Source: an uncultured Thermodesulfobacteriota bacterium (lineage in GTDB: Bacteria; Desulfobacterota; WTBG01; CAIYCZ01; CAIRTM01). From it: 64,000 nucleotides of DNA. The notes under the pieces were generated by a model. That model worked only from the letters and a program-made list of their open reading frames with translations, searched no databases and had not been told where the DNA came from. The translations under genes were made by a program, and so were the position numbers. Numbering within the stretch: the first letter of the stretch is position 1; every line of letters starts with the position of its first letter. The stretch is from the NCBI GenBank assembly GCA_964387595.1, contig CAYLYF010000005.1, positions 2,220-66,219 of the forward strand, given 5' to 3'. Positions 1 to 10,248 of this stretch are shown here, piece after piece.

Positions 1-30
1 TCCGGCAAACCTCTAAAGAGAGGGATAATC

Positions 31-1680
31 TCAATTATTTTCTTCTTTTGACAGGTCTGCTCCCCAGAAGTAATTACCGCTTCCAACGCTGTTGGGGTCC
101 AGTGTTTCCTTAAGTTTGCGCTGCCAGTTATATTCCGGAGATTTTGAAAGTTTCTTTGCACGAACCTCTTCATCAGCATGCGTGCTCCTTGCCAGTCCAA
201 ACAGCATTCCGCCTGGAGGTCTGCCCTGTGCGGCTTTTAATCTATCTCCTTCGTCAGAGCAGTCCGCTGCAGCCTTTGATGAATCGGAATCCTGAGGATC
301 ATAAAAGACAAAATCCTCCCATCCGGTGACACCGCCGCCGCCTTGTCCGCCTATTGGTCCCATCGCCTGATCACCGCAATCAGCAATCTTGGGAGCATAT
401 TTTTTCAATAAAGCCTTACCTGCCTCAATTTCTCCTGAAGCCCAGACGTCCGGAGACGCGACTGAATTATAGGTATCGATAAAACCACCGGTAGCGGTAA
501 AATTGACGCTCTTAAAGCATAGCTTAAGCATAAACAGAAGTACGTACTGCTGCATGTCCGGCTCTTCAATTATCGATATGTTCCATCCACCTGTTTCTTT
601 CAGTATCTGATCCAGAACTTTCTGCTGATATGCAAGGTCTCTTGGTGTCATACCCACCATTATAAACTGGAAGTTGCGCTGCATTTCTTTTGTAAGCTGT
701 TGTATTTCCGGAGTTTCAAGTAATTCCGGAATGTCACACAGCTGTTTGGTTGGATCCGTTACGATCCTTAAAAAAGCGGCCTGCAGTTCATCTCCCCACA
801 TCACAAACTGTCTGTGAACGATATAGCCTATTTCCGAATCATAGATCCTGTAGATCGCATCAGCAAATCTCTGCAGACTGGGAAAGGCCGGGAACGCAGC
901 TTTAAAGTTTTCTTCAGGTAACTGTGTTCTATATGACGGCGCTGTTCCTTCAATGGGCATTTGTACTGGGCCGGGCCAATTAACAAGCCTGATCGCAATT
1001 TTGGTCACAACCCCCCATCCGCCGGCACCTCCAAGAGAGCCTCTAATAATTCCCTGTGTACTCGGCCCCGGCCCTTCAGCACAGAACCAGCCCAGATCGG
1101 ATCCCATAGAACCGGTTCTAAGTATTTCACCTGTTGGCATCACCCACTCTATGGACAATATACTGTCCTGTGGAGAAGAAAAATACATCACATCCGGTCC
1201 CCCGCCCTGAAAAGTACAGGCATTCGCAAGCACAGATGTTCCTGAACCGGCACCGCTGATATGATTGTTTAAGCCCACCTTCATGGCTTCGGCCTGCAAC
1301 TGTGCAGCCACACAATACGGCTCCACCACGGCAAACATATTCTGTTCGTTTATTTCAATAATTCGGTTCATTCTCCTCAGATCCATCAGGATCTGTCCAG
1401 CAGACGGCACAGCAGCCCATGGTCCCCAGCCTGTACTGAAGACATGATACTTGATTTTGTATTGGTTACAGGCTTTGATGATCGCCTGAACATCTTCTAC
1501 GCTACCCGGGACAAGAACTGCCTCAGGCCTGTCAAAGAACTTGCTTCCGCCGGTCACATCAGTTACCAGCTCAGCCATCCATTGATAAGCATATGAATCC
1601 AGCGTCGCCGGCTCTTCCGTAATATTTTCCGGTCCGACAATGTTTTCCAATGCTTCATATACTTCGCTCAATAGTGCCAT
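31..1680 (-). CDS. FAD-binding oxidoreductase, VAO/PCMH (GlcD/D-lactate dehydrogenase-like) family
   Basis: 549 aa ORF. FAD_binding_4-type motifs PEAVLVPGSVEDVQAII, DLRRMNRIIEIN, AVVEP, GGWGVVTKIAIRL; C-terminal LKETLDPNSV. Confidence 0.85.
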   Translation of the reverse strand: MALLSEVYEALENIVGPENITEEPATLDSYAYQWMAELVTDVTGGSKFFDRPEAVLVPGSVEDVQAIIKACNQYKIKYHVFSTGWGPWAAVPSAGQILMDLRRMNRIIEINEQNMFAVVEPYCVAAQLQAEAMKVGLNNHISGAGSGTSVLANACTFQGGGPDVMYFSSPQDSILSIEWVMPTGEILRTGSMGSDLGWFCAEGPGPSTQGIIRGSLGGAGGWGVVTKIAIRLVNWPGPVQMPIEGTAPSYRTQLPEENFKAAFPAFPSLQRFADAIYRIYDSEIGYIVHRQFVMWGDELQAAFLRIVTDPTKQLCDIPELLETPEIQQLTKEMQRNFQFIMVGMTPRDLAYQQKVLDQILKETGGWNISIIEEPDMQQYVLLFMLKLCFKSVNFTATGGFIDTYNSVASPDVWASGEIEAGKALLKKYAPKIADCGDQAMGPIGGQGGGGVTGWEDFVFYDPQDSDSSKAAADCSDEGDRLKAAQGRPPGGMLFGLARSTHADEEVRAKKLSKSPEYNWQRKLKETLDPNSVGSGNYFWGADLSKEENN

Positions 1681-1695
1681 TTTTATTCCTTCCTG

Positions 1696-2973
1696 TTAGA
1701 TTGCTTCTGCAACAAGGTCTACAATATCATATACTTTCATACTTTCGTTTTGATCATTAATGGCGTCAATAAAATTCCTTTCACACCAGCCGCAGGCAGT
1801 TACTATCGCCTCGGCTCCGGTGGACTTCGCCTCTTCGATCCTTTCTCCAGCGGTCCATCCGGAAAATTCAGGATACCTTTCCCTGACACCGCCGCCGGCA
1901 CCGCAGCACCACGCGTATTCCCTGTTTCTTTCCATTTCTACCAGTTCAATACCGGGAATACTTTTTATGATATTCCTCGGTATATCATAAATACCCAAGG
2001 CACCGTTATATCTGGGTTTCCGAGGCTCATATACCAGGACCTGACCGCGAATTTTTTTCTGTTCACCTTTCCACGGCATATAGGGTTCCCCTCGTCTTCC
2101 CAGATGACAGGGATCATGATAAGTCACTTTCATAGGAACAGTTTTGGTAAATTTCAACTTACCTTCATTGATAAGCCGTTCAAGATATTGCGTAATGTGC
2201 AGAACCTCAAAGTTAAATTCAAACTCTTCAGGATAGAGACGGTTAAACGCATGGTAACCATCAGAACAGGTGGTAACGATTGTCTTTACACCCGCATTTT
2301 TCCAGGCATCAATATTATTCTCGGCATATTTAAGAAATTCTCCCCGATAGCCCATGTCACAAACGCGACCACCACAGCAGTTTTCATCTTTCCCCATAAT
2401 ACCAAAATCAACTCCTGCGTTCTTTAAAATGGCCACCACTGTCTGGGGTATTTTCCATAGGTCCTTATCAAAACTTAACTTGCAGCCCACATGAAAAACA
2501 ACATCAGCCTTCTCCTGGGTCAGATCTTTAACATCCAGGCCGTCTGCCCATTTGCCACGGTCCGCCTTGGACTCCAGCATCATGTTGTCCTCTTTGCGGA
2601 GATGATCTATATAGGGAACATCCATGGGAGGAAAACAGCCGTTGTCTATCATTTTAAACCGTAATTGACGCATGATCTCCACAGGTTCCAGATCATACCG
2701 GTTAACCTTGCAGGCAACATCACAGCACCCGTCCAGCATACATTTAAAAACAATGTCCACCAGCCCTTCATCAAAATAGCTGCTCCTGCCCTCAAGCAGA
2801 GACAGGGAAGTACTTAATCTTCCACTGGCCGAGTAACTCTGAAACTTATTATATTCTATGCTGGGACAGCCTTTTGCAAAGCGCCAGCTCTTCACATGAG
2901 CTAATGGGATCCATTTACAGTATGAGCATTTACTACATCTGCTTACGGTTGCCCTAAGGTCTTCCAATGCCAC
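1696..2973 (-). CDS. (Fe-S)-binding protein with CCG domains (GlcF/HdrD-like)
   Basis: 425 aa. N-terminal CSKCSYC and CMLDGCCDVAC clusters, ENCCGG, YHDPCHLGR, AWCCGAGGG, VTACGWC. Confidence 0.9.
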   Translation of the reverse strand: MALEDLRATVSRCSKCSYCKWIPLAHVKSWRFAKGCPSIEYNKFQSYSASGRLSTSLSLLEGRSSYFDEGLVDIVFKCMLDGCCDVACKVNRYDLEPVEIMRQLRFKMIDNGCFPPMDVPYIDHLRKEDNMMLESKADRGKWADGLDVKDLTQEKADVVFHVGCKLSFDKDLWKIPQTVVAILKNAGVDFGIMGKDENCCGGRVCDMGYRGEFLKYAENNIDAWKNAGVKTIVTTCSDGYHAFNRLYPEEFEFNFEVLHITQYLERLINEGKLKFTKTVPMKVTYHDPCHLGRRGEPYMPWKGEQKKIRGQVLVYEPRKPRYNGALGIYDIPRNIIKSIPGIELVEMERNREYAWCCGAGGGVRERYPEFSGWTAGERIEEAKSTGAEAIVTACGWCERNFIDAINDQNESMKVYDIVDLVAEAI

Positions 2974-3003
2974 TTTATACTTCCTCCTTTGTTTAGTTTC
3001 TAC

Positions 3004-4536
3004 CTAAAAGCAAAGCTTGCCTGGGTTTAATACATTATTGGGATCGAATATCCCCTTCAGCTTCTTTGTTAGGTTCGTATGCTCGGCATTTCTGCTATAT
3101 GCCATGTCTGCCCAGATCCCGTAGGGTCGGGTATAGAACGCACCCTGCTCTGACAGTTCTTTACTGGCTCGGGTAAAAAGATCTTTTACCTTTGCAGCCT
3201 CTTTTTCGTCGCCCGGATCATACGGTAGACTAAATTCCACATGACAGCTCGTACCCAGATGCGTCGGCTGAATGTAAATACCAAGATCTGATGGCGAATA
3301 GTCAGATGCTTCGGCAAGAGTGTTCATTGCCGACACAAATTCCTGCGCCCTGTTCAGTGTGGTTAAAAAGAAAATGTCCTGGCATCCGCCCTTGCGGCGT
3401 AGTTTCCAGTAGGGTTCCTTCGAAGGGTTCATTACTGCTTCAGAAACCTGTTCGCCTGTTGCACCCGGAATTTCTGTCTCTATTGACACACCGAATTGCT
3501 GAGCTATTTCGGTAATATCCTTCTCCAGAAATTCCAGTCTTTCCTCAGCCAGAATATCACGCCCGGTCAGTCCCAAAACAAGAGTCCATGGAGGCAGTTC
3601 TTTTTCCAGGCTCGAGACCTGCTCCGTTCCTTCTCCAAGAATAGATACCAGGCTGGAACGGCTGAAAAGCATCAGCTCATCATGGAACCTGATTCTTAAG
3701 AGCTTATAGGCAAAACCGACAAGCTTATCAAGATCATCAGAAGCCACCAGGAAAAACTTTTGAGCTTTAGGAAGCACTTCACACCTGAGAGACGCCCAGG
3801 TGACAATCCCCATGGTTCCCTGGGCAGCTGAAACCAGCTTGTGGTAATTAAACTGTCCGGGGCCATATTGATACAGCGCTGTTTCTTGCGTTAGTTTTCG
3901 TTTTTCCATTAATTCTTCTATCGGTACAAGCTTCGCCTCTTCTCTGGTGGATGTGCTGACACCTCCACCAGCCAACTCACCGGTCCGGAACATCTCTCCG
4001 TTCCCCATTACCGTTTCAATACACCTAAGCGGCTCGTTCAGCGACCAGGCGTACCTGGGATTCATTATAGGCTCCCTTTCCAGAAGACCGCCCAGCACTG
4101 ATTTAGTGGCACGCGGCATTAATGGCATGGAAAGTCTTAATCCCTGTTTTGCCAACTCAGGCTGGAGTTGACTGTAGGTTACCCCGGGCTCTATGATCAC
4201 CACCCGATTTCTCCGGTCCATCATGATGATCCGCTTCATCCCGCTAAGGTCCACAATAACGGCTCCTTCTGAACCGGGAACACTGTCACCGCGGAAATGC
4301 GGCGGGCCTGAGCTTACAGGAACCAGCGGCGTCTTTGTCTGATTCGCCCACTTAACTATATCCTGCACTTCATCCGCATTCCTGGGCTTTACCACCATCA
4401 GTGGCATCATCGGGGTAACGAAACTGTGGTCCCGGGAGTAAATATCCAATGTTGAAGGATCATCAATTACATTCTCCGCACCAACTATCTTTATTAGCGC
4501 ATCTTTTTTTTCAGCCATCATCAGGTCTTTCATCAA
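3004..4536 (-). CDS. FAD-binding oxidoreductase, VAO/PCMH (GlcD-like) family, second paralog; start may be 4521
   Basis: 510 aa. VVKPRNADEVQDIVKWAN, VDLSGMKRII, IEPGVTYSQL, QGTMGIVTW, C-terminal LKGIFDPNNVLNPGKL. Confidence 0.88.
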   Translation of the reverse strand: MMKDLMMAEKKDALIKIVGAENVIDDPSTLDIYSRDHSFVTPMMPLMVVKPRNADEVQDIVKWANQTKTPLVPVSSGPPHFRGDSVPGSEGAVIVDLSGMKRIIMMDRRNRVVIIEPGVTYSQLQPELAKQGLRLSMPLMPRATKSVLGGLLEREPIMNPRYAWSLNEPLRCIETVMGNGEMFRTGELAGGGVSTSTREEAKLVPIEELMEKRKLTQETALYQYGPGQFNYHKLVSAAQGTMGIVTWASLRCEVLPKAQKFFLVASDDLDKLVGFAYKLLRIRFHDELMLFSRSSLVSILGEGTEQVSSLEKELPPWTLVLGLTGRDILAEERLEFLEKDITEIAQQFGVSIETEIPGATGEQVSEAVMNPSKEPYWKLRRKGGCQDIFFLTTLNRAQEFVSAMNTLAEASDYSPSDLGIYIQPTHLGTSCHVEFSLPYDPGDEKEAAKVKDLFTRASKELSEQGAFYTRPYGIWADMAYSRNAEHTNLTKKLKGIFDPNNVLNPGKLCF

Positions 4537-4808
4537 TTATTTTGTTAAATGTAGTCTCACAGACTTATTTGTAAGGTATTATATTAATTGCTTGTTAGCA
4601 TGTCAAGAAAAAATTAATCTCATAAAATTATACTTTAAAATTTGTCCGCGCGTTTTTAATTATGATAATAGTAAGTAAATTTAAAGGTTTATCTAACATT
4701 CATCTAACTATAATTCCTTCACGGCAGCTTAGCTTCAGATCTATGAATATGATATAAGGTGGTGAAAAACAATCAATAAAAATTTATTTACAACACCACT
4801 TTTCACCC

Positions 4809-6203
4809 TTAATTGACGTCTGCTTTGCTCACGGAAGCTAATTCCTCGTTAATTTTCCGGCTTGATATTATTAACCATATGGCCAGAAGGACATCAGCCG
4901 CGCCCTTCAGTCCAAAAGCCCAGCCGGGTCCAAGAACATCATACAAATAACCGCCAAGCTGAAGAAACAGGAGCATCCCGATAGGCTGCATCGTGTTTAA
5001 GCCCCCCAGAATAGAACCCAGCATTGCCTTGGGTGTAACATCCGTTGCCATGGTATTTGCACCTGCAATTGAGCCGGAGATTCCAAAAGCAACAATCACC
5101 ACAGTGGCCATAACCAGTCCGGAAAACGGTCCGGAAGAGACAGAAATGATCAACATACCCGTCCCGCCCAGAAAAAGAGTTAAAATAATTGTTTTTAATC
5201 TACCCCATTTGTCAAGCAGTATACCAATAATCGGAAACGCTAAAAAAGTAAAAACACTCATTATGATCATGGGTATAGACCCTTTAAGCGTGGCAGTCTC
5301 AGAGGTTAACCCCAGTTTCGCGCCATCCTGCACAGCCCAGGCAATGATAAATGTTGCCATTATCGTGATGTCCGCGCGGCTGATAAAGGAGCACAGATAA
5401 CTTGACTTTAAAGTCGGGCTTTTCATAACCACCTGCATCACTTCTTTAAAACTTTTCTGGTCTTCTTTTTTAGTCTCTGGCATACGGTCTTTTAAAAAGA
5501 GCCAGGTTGAAAGCAGACCAAAAGCTGCCATGATCGCTGCAACAATAAAAAGTCCTGAAACCCCGCTTTTGCGTCCGATCGGTGCGACCGCTGCAAAAAT
5601 AATAATACTGGCCAGCCCCATCATCATACCGTTTAAGGCCATGGCCTTACCACGGTCTTTTTTAAAGGTATAATCAGCACACATGGTAATAAACTGCGGA
5701 TAGACCAGGATCATCCCCACACCTACTAAAAGTCTTAGGATATAAGCTACAAAAAGACCCGGTGAAAAAGCAATAAACTCTGCCGCTCTGGACGGAGCAA
5801 AGCTCAAGTAAGCACAAAAAGTTGAAGAAAATCCTTCTGAGATGTTCAGCCATTCGGCAATGGCAACAGACTGACCGAAAGCATAATAGGAAAAAATAAG
5901 AGAGAAAAATCCGATAACCGCCAGTATCTTACGGCCGACCTTATCAGAGAGTACCCCCACCATGGCCACAAACGCCAGGGTTGCGATCTGGCTCATATTC
6001 TGCAAAAAACCGTTTATTGAACCAAAAAAGTCTGGAGCAACTTTAATAATATCCTGAAGAAATGCCGGCTGAATAATCGCAGGCATAACCATCAGCATTC
6101 CCATGATCAGGGTATTTAAGTAAAGAAAGAAAAAATTAGCTTTGGTCAGATCCGGTGCCACTTCAATTCCGGCAAACTTAGATACCTTCTGTTCTTCGCT
6201 CAT
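4809..6203 (-). CDS. MFS transporter
   Basis: 464 aa, about 12 hydrophobic segments; MFS motif A in both halves (GVLSDKVGRK, GILLDKWGRL). Confidence 0.9.
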   Translation of the reverse strand: MSEEQKVSKFAGIEVAPDLTKANFFFLYLNTLIMGMLMVMPAIIQPAFLQDIIKVAPDFFGSINGFLQNMSQIATLAFVAMVGVLSDKVGRKILAVIGFFSLIFSYYAFGQSVAIAEWLNISEGFSSTFCAYLSFAPSRAAEFIAFSPGLFVAYILRLLVGVGMILVYPQFITMCADYTFKKDRGKAMALNGMMMGLASIIIFAAVAPIGRKSGVSGLFIVAAIMAAFGLLSTWLFLKDRMPETKKEDQKSFKEVMQVVMKSPTLKSSYLCSFISRADITIMATFIIAWAVQDGAKLGLTSETATLKGSIPMIIMSVFTFLAFPIIGILLDKWGRLKTIILTLFLGGTGMLIISVSSGPFSGLVMATVVIVAFGISGSIAGANTMATDVTPKAMLGSILGGLNTMQPIGMLLFLQLGGYLYDVLGPGWAFGLKGAADVLLAIWLIISSRKINEELASVSKADVN

Positions 6204-6272
6204 ATCCTCTCCTCTTGTTCATTAAATAATGGTGTCTTCTATTTACTCCTAAACTAACAATAAAGCCGGGCC

Positions 6273-7622
6273 TTAATTTGTACTCGTGTTATTCGGAAAA
6301 CCGGATCGTTTACAGCCCTTAAAGATCTCCTGCAAAGGATCAGTTTTCATTCTTTTAAGTTTCTGGAACACATCAGGACGATCTTTAGAAACGATCGGCA
6401 TAATTTCAGCCATGGCAGCAGCAACAATTTTAGGAGTTTCATAGGGATCAAGAATACTACGCAGTGTCTTTGTAATTTTACTAAGCAGATAATCAATATC
6501 ATCTACTGTGAGGCAATAAGGCATAACTGCATTACGGATCATGTCACGATGGTCAAGTTTATCGATAATCTCCTTGCGCCACCAGTCAAGATAGACAAAC
6601 ACGCCCTCGCGAGAAATATTTCCTTCAGTTAACGCATATTTTACAGCGTTAGCAGCTTTCCAGCCGCTGATGATCGCTCCGGTCATTTCAGCTTCTTGAC
6701 ACCATACTGCATCAGATACCAGAAGGACCTGGTCTTTATATGGATCAATAATATGAGAATACATATTGCCTTCAATACACAAGGGGCGGATTGTTTCAGC
6801 ATTTTTAAACCAGGGTGCGAAATAGCCCTGCTGGGTAAAACGCTCAAAAGCCCCTTTCACATCTGCGCCGGGATGAGTACAGCTGATAAACGGAAAATAA
6901 GTCTCACCGTCAGCCCGGGGAGTCATCCAGATGCGCATAGGGGTCTTTTCACCCAGAAAAATCTGGAACAGCGCATATTTTTCAGAGGGCTCCACCCCCT
7001 GCATCTCAAAACCATAACTGGTACTGGTCCCGTAATAAATACGATCTTTGTTTTTCCCCAGAGTTTTTGCCAGACGGGAAGCTCTGCCGTCAGCACCGAT
7101 CACAAAGGTTCCTTTAAATTTTGTCCCTTCACGGGTATAAACAGTAACCTGGCCGTTTTGGGTCTGTGTGCCGGTTACATTATGTCCAGGAAAAACATCG
7201 ACACCATATTTTATGCATTCTTTCATCAGACTTTTAAGCAGAGCCCCTTTATCATAGGTCGCGCTGATCCGGCCTTCATCACCCATAGCCTCGTTTTTTT
7301 CATAATCTCCCAGCTGTATTTTGTTCCCTTTATAAGAATATATAGACCAGGAATAAAAATTCTGATGTTTCCCTTCATAGGGAATGGTAAATCCATACGC
7401 CGGAAAGCAGAGCCGCTGGTTCCGTGAATTAATTGAAACGCGGTCTCCCAGATAACAGCCGGTCAGGGTAACGATCATCATGCTGCAGGCACGGTTAATA
7501 TCGGTAATATTTTTTTTCCTTTCAATCAGAGCAACTTTCAGTCCCTGTTCGCCGGCCGTTTTTGCCGCCATTAAACCTGCGGGACCTGCCCCGACAATAA
7601 TTACATCATATACATTTGCCAT
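6273..7622 (-). CDS. NAD(P)/FAD-dependent oxidoreductase, geranylgeranyl reductase/FixC-like (paralog 1)
   Basis: 449 aa. DVIIVGAGPAG Rossmann motif, VIGADGRAS, LVSDA motif. Confidence 0.85.
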   Translation of the reverse strand: MANVYDVIIVGAGPAGLMAAKTAGEQGLKVALIERKKNITDINRACSMMIVTLTGCYLGDRVSINSRNQRLCFPAYGFTIPYEGKHQNFYSWSIYSYKGNKIQLGDYEKNEAMGDEGRISATYDKGALLKSLMKECIKYGVDVFPGHNVTGTQTQNGQVTVYTREGTKFKGTFVIGADGRASRLAKTLGKNKDRIYYGTSTSYGFEMQGVEPSEKYALFQIFLGEKTPMRIWMTPRADGETYFPFISCTHPGADVKGAFERFTQQGYFAPWFKNAETIRPLCIEGNMYSHIIDPYKDQVLLVSDAVWCQEAEMTGAIISGWKAANAVKYALTEGNISREGVFVYLDWWRKEIIDKLDHRDMIRNAVMPYCLTVDDIDYLLSKITKTLRSILDPYETPKIVAAAMAEIMPIVSKDRPDVFQKLKRMKTDPLQEIFKGCKRSGFPNNTSTN

Positions 7623-8066
7623 GTTTTCTCCTCATCTGTGTATCTGTATCTTTGAAAAAATATACTAGTTTATGTTATTCAGGTTCATCTTTTTTACTGC
7701 CGGTTCATAACAGAAATTAATGAAAATGTCCACCAGCCCCGCCTGATTTTCACCAGTCTCCTTAAACGGTTTGCTTACGCGACCAGCACTGACAGATCCT
7801 ATCTCATTCACCTATAAAAGCATATATACTAAAATTCATGACTTAAAGCTAATATTACGAAGGTGGTTAAATTATTTCTAATCATAAAGGTTAATCTAAT
7901 ATACTGATTACTCCAATATTTACAGGATAGATCCGAACAGAGATAATCTTTGCAGTTTTAAACGGACAGTTTATAAGTAATTAATTATAAGTCAAACTTT
8001 TAAAAGTCAGAGCGCATTCACAGTAGCTTGATAATTGCGAAGGATAAAGTCCGGCTGTTCAACCCA

Positions 8067-8237
8067 TCAGATTTCCTGAGGAGCCTTCATCGGACAAACT
8101 TTAACACAGGTTCTGCACTCCAGACATAAAGCTGAATTAATTAAGGCAAAATCTTCATATAAAACGATAGTAGCACGGGGACAAAGGTCCACACATCCTC
8201 CGCAGCCAACACATTTCTGTCTGTCAATCCTGATCAT
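8067..8237 (-). CDS. 2x[4Fe-4S] ferredoxin, 56 aa (below the ORF-track cutoff)
   Basis: Hand translation: MIRIDRQKCVGCGGCVDLCPRATIVLYEDFALINSALCLECRTCVKVCPMKAPQEI*. Two CxxCxxCxxxCP motifs and a GGAG RBS upstream. Confidence 0.9.
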   Translation of the reverse strand: MIRIDRQKCVGCGGCVDLCPRATIVLYEDFALINSALCLECRTCVKVCPMKAPQEI

Positions 8238-8386
8238 ATTGCTAACACTCCTTTAATCTTGTTTTTTTTAACAGCAGCTTAAATCACTTTTATTGAAAAG
8301 GTTGCCCCTGTTTTAACTTTTATCCTGACCTCAGATGCTTCGGCAATAACCTCCCTAGCGGAACACACCTTTAAAGAGGTTAATGA

Positions 8387-10186
8387 TTATTTCCGGGTCT
8401 GATTGTCTGTATCAAAATTTACAAAATTCATCACATGCTTTGCCAGCAATTTTCCAACTCTTGGGTCATCATTTGGCGGTCGATAGTATGCCCAGGTCCC
8501 GGTATACTGGTCCTGTACCGGACTGTTTTTATCGGGGTTGCCCACATAAGGATCATAACCCAGATGCCCGTATTCGCAGACATCAAAAGCCAGATACGGA
8601 TCCATATCGCTCATAGATGAATTTATATTTGTCTGTCTCGGCGGCGGATAAACTCCTCCGTCTTCACAGCCGCCCATTTCAAAACAGCATTCTTCTTCAC
8701 CGCACTGCGTATCCACCCAAATCCCCCAGTAATCCGCAAAAGGATAGCCATCTCCAGCATATGAAACTGAATCCCCTGTGTCCGCATACAACCAGTTCTG
8801 GGTACCGATTTCTTTAGCAATCTGGTTATGCTGTTCAACCAGATTTAAAACTGAATCAGTTATGATCTGAGGAAATCCGATAACGATATGCTTCACACCA
8901 CGGTCTTTAAAATATTCAAGCGCATCCCAGTAGAGATATCCCCATTCATCACCCGGCAGCACATAACCCGTGGTTTCGTATAGCCATGCATGACCAATGT
9001 TTTCGCCGCGCATTTCCCGAGATCTCTCGGTTTTACCATTTTCAGGATTTAGCTCCTTAATTCCCATAAAGGCACCGACTATATTTTCAGGATCCATATC
9101 CGGATGCCGTTCCAACAGTATACTCTTAATGTTTTCATTAAGAACAATCGTGTCATTTATTTTAGGATCGAATGCCTGGTTGTAATCGTGTACAGCATGA
9201 TTTAAAAGGAGAACCGCCGTCTCATTATCAGAAACCGCATCTGACCAGGAATCTTCAATTCCATCGGCCTGGAGTTCTGCCAGTTCAGTATCGTTTGATA
9301 TGGGGTTCTGGTCTGCTGCATAGGTAACAGATACATCATTTTCAGGAGCGCCTTTGCTTCTGGTCCAGTTTTTATCAGCTGGAAAAGATCGTTCCATCAA
9401 TTTTGTATAATCATTCACCCAGATAAGAGGAGTCGCAGGATCCGGTGCCGGTATTACAAACTCGTAATCATTGGGATAATAAAGCAGATGCGGAAATGCA
9501 TAATGCGAAACATCCTCGCCTGCCATCCAGGCAGCCCAGTCAACTTCAAAGCTGAAATCTTCTGAAGCGTCCTGAAGATCCAGTTCATCTTTCATATCCT
9601 GAAGCTGTTGTGCTGTAATATCGTCAAAAGGATCGATCCCGCCGAGTTTTTCATATTCATATGCATATTTAAGAACTTCTTTTTCAGCATTACCACTGCT
9701 CAGAATACCGCCCCATAGATTTTTATTCGGTAGATAAAGCATATTAACAGGATGGTTAGGGTCATAGGAAAACATCTGGGTTGAGGCATCCCAGAGATGC
9801 TGCGGCTTATAGGTTGTAAAACCGCCGTGAACCACAAATATCACACCGATTTTATTTGGATCAGCAACAACCGGGCTTGCTGCTTCAGCCTGTTGGGCCT
9901 CCCAGGCATTCATGGCTGTTTTGGTCATCTGTACCACGTCAAAAGTCTTGGCAAAGCGGACTCCTCCCACGGTCAGATCAATCATGATTATCCGGGAAAC
10001 CCCTTTATTCAGGAGTCTTTCCGCCGGGCCTAAAACATCATAGCGTTCGGAATCACAGTCAGTCCATGGACCGTCATCTTCTTTTTCACCACAGTAGTTA
10101 ATGGAATCTTTTGTACAGGAGGATAAAAACATTCCTGTAAAGAACAGGATAAGTAAAACCAATAAAGTGTTTTTGTTAATCTTCAT
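8387..10186 (-). CDS. Lipoprotein with ferrochelatase/class II chelatase-like motifs in unusual order
   Basis: Signal peptide with lipobox LSSC. HemH/CbiX-like segments IGVIFVVHGG, KLGGIDPFDDITAQQL, AVLLLNHAV, DALEYFKDRGVKHIVIGFPQIITD. Start set at the second Met (MKINK); the ORF track starts at 10201. Confidence 0.6.
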   Translation of the reverse strand: MKINKNTLLVLLILFFTGMFLSSCTKDSINYCGEKEDDGPWTDCDSERYDVLGPAERLLNKGVSRIIMIDLTVGGVRFAKTFDVVQMTKTAMNAWEAQQAEAASPVVADPNKIGVIFVVHGGFTTYKPQHLWDASTQMFSYDPNHPVNMLYLPNKNLWGGILSSGNAEKEVLKYAYEYEKLGGIDPFDDITAQQLQDMKDELDLQDASEDFSFEVDWAAWMAGEDVSHYAFPHLLYYPNDYEFVIPAPDPATPLIWVNDYTKLMERSFPADKNWTRSKGAPENDVSVTYAADQNPISNDTELAELQADGIEDSWSDAVSDNETAVLLLNHAVHDYNQAFDPKINDTIVLNENIKSILLERHPDMDPENIVGAFMGIKELNPENGKTERSREMRGENIGHAWLYETTGYVLPGDEWGYLYWDALEYFKDRGVKHIVIGFPQIITDSVLNLVEQHNQIAKEIGTQNWLYADTGDSVSYAGDGYPFADYWGIWVDTQCGEEECCFEMGGCEDGGVYPPPRQTNINSSMSDMDPYLAFDVCEYGHLGYDPYVGNPDKNSPVQDQYTGTWAYYRPPNDDPRVGKLLAKHVMNFVNFDTDNQTRK

Positions 10187-10248
10187 AACATTACCCTGCA
10201 TTTTTAGATTAATTAATTATTGGCTTATACTATTTTTTTTAAAACAGC

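Noticed and set aside
7665-7811. Possible 48-aa GTG-started ORF in the gap upstream of flavoprotein 1
   Set aside because: No convincing RBS and no recognisable motif.
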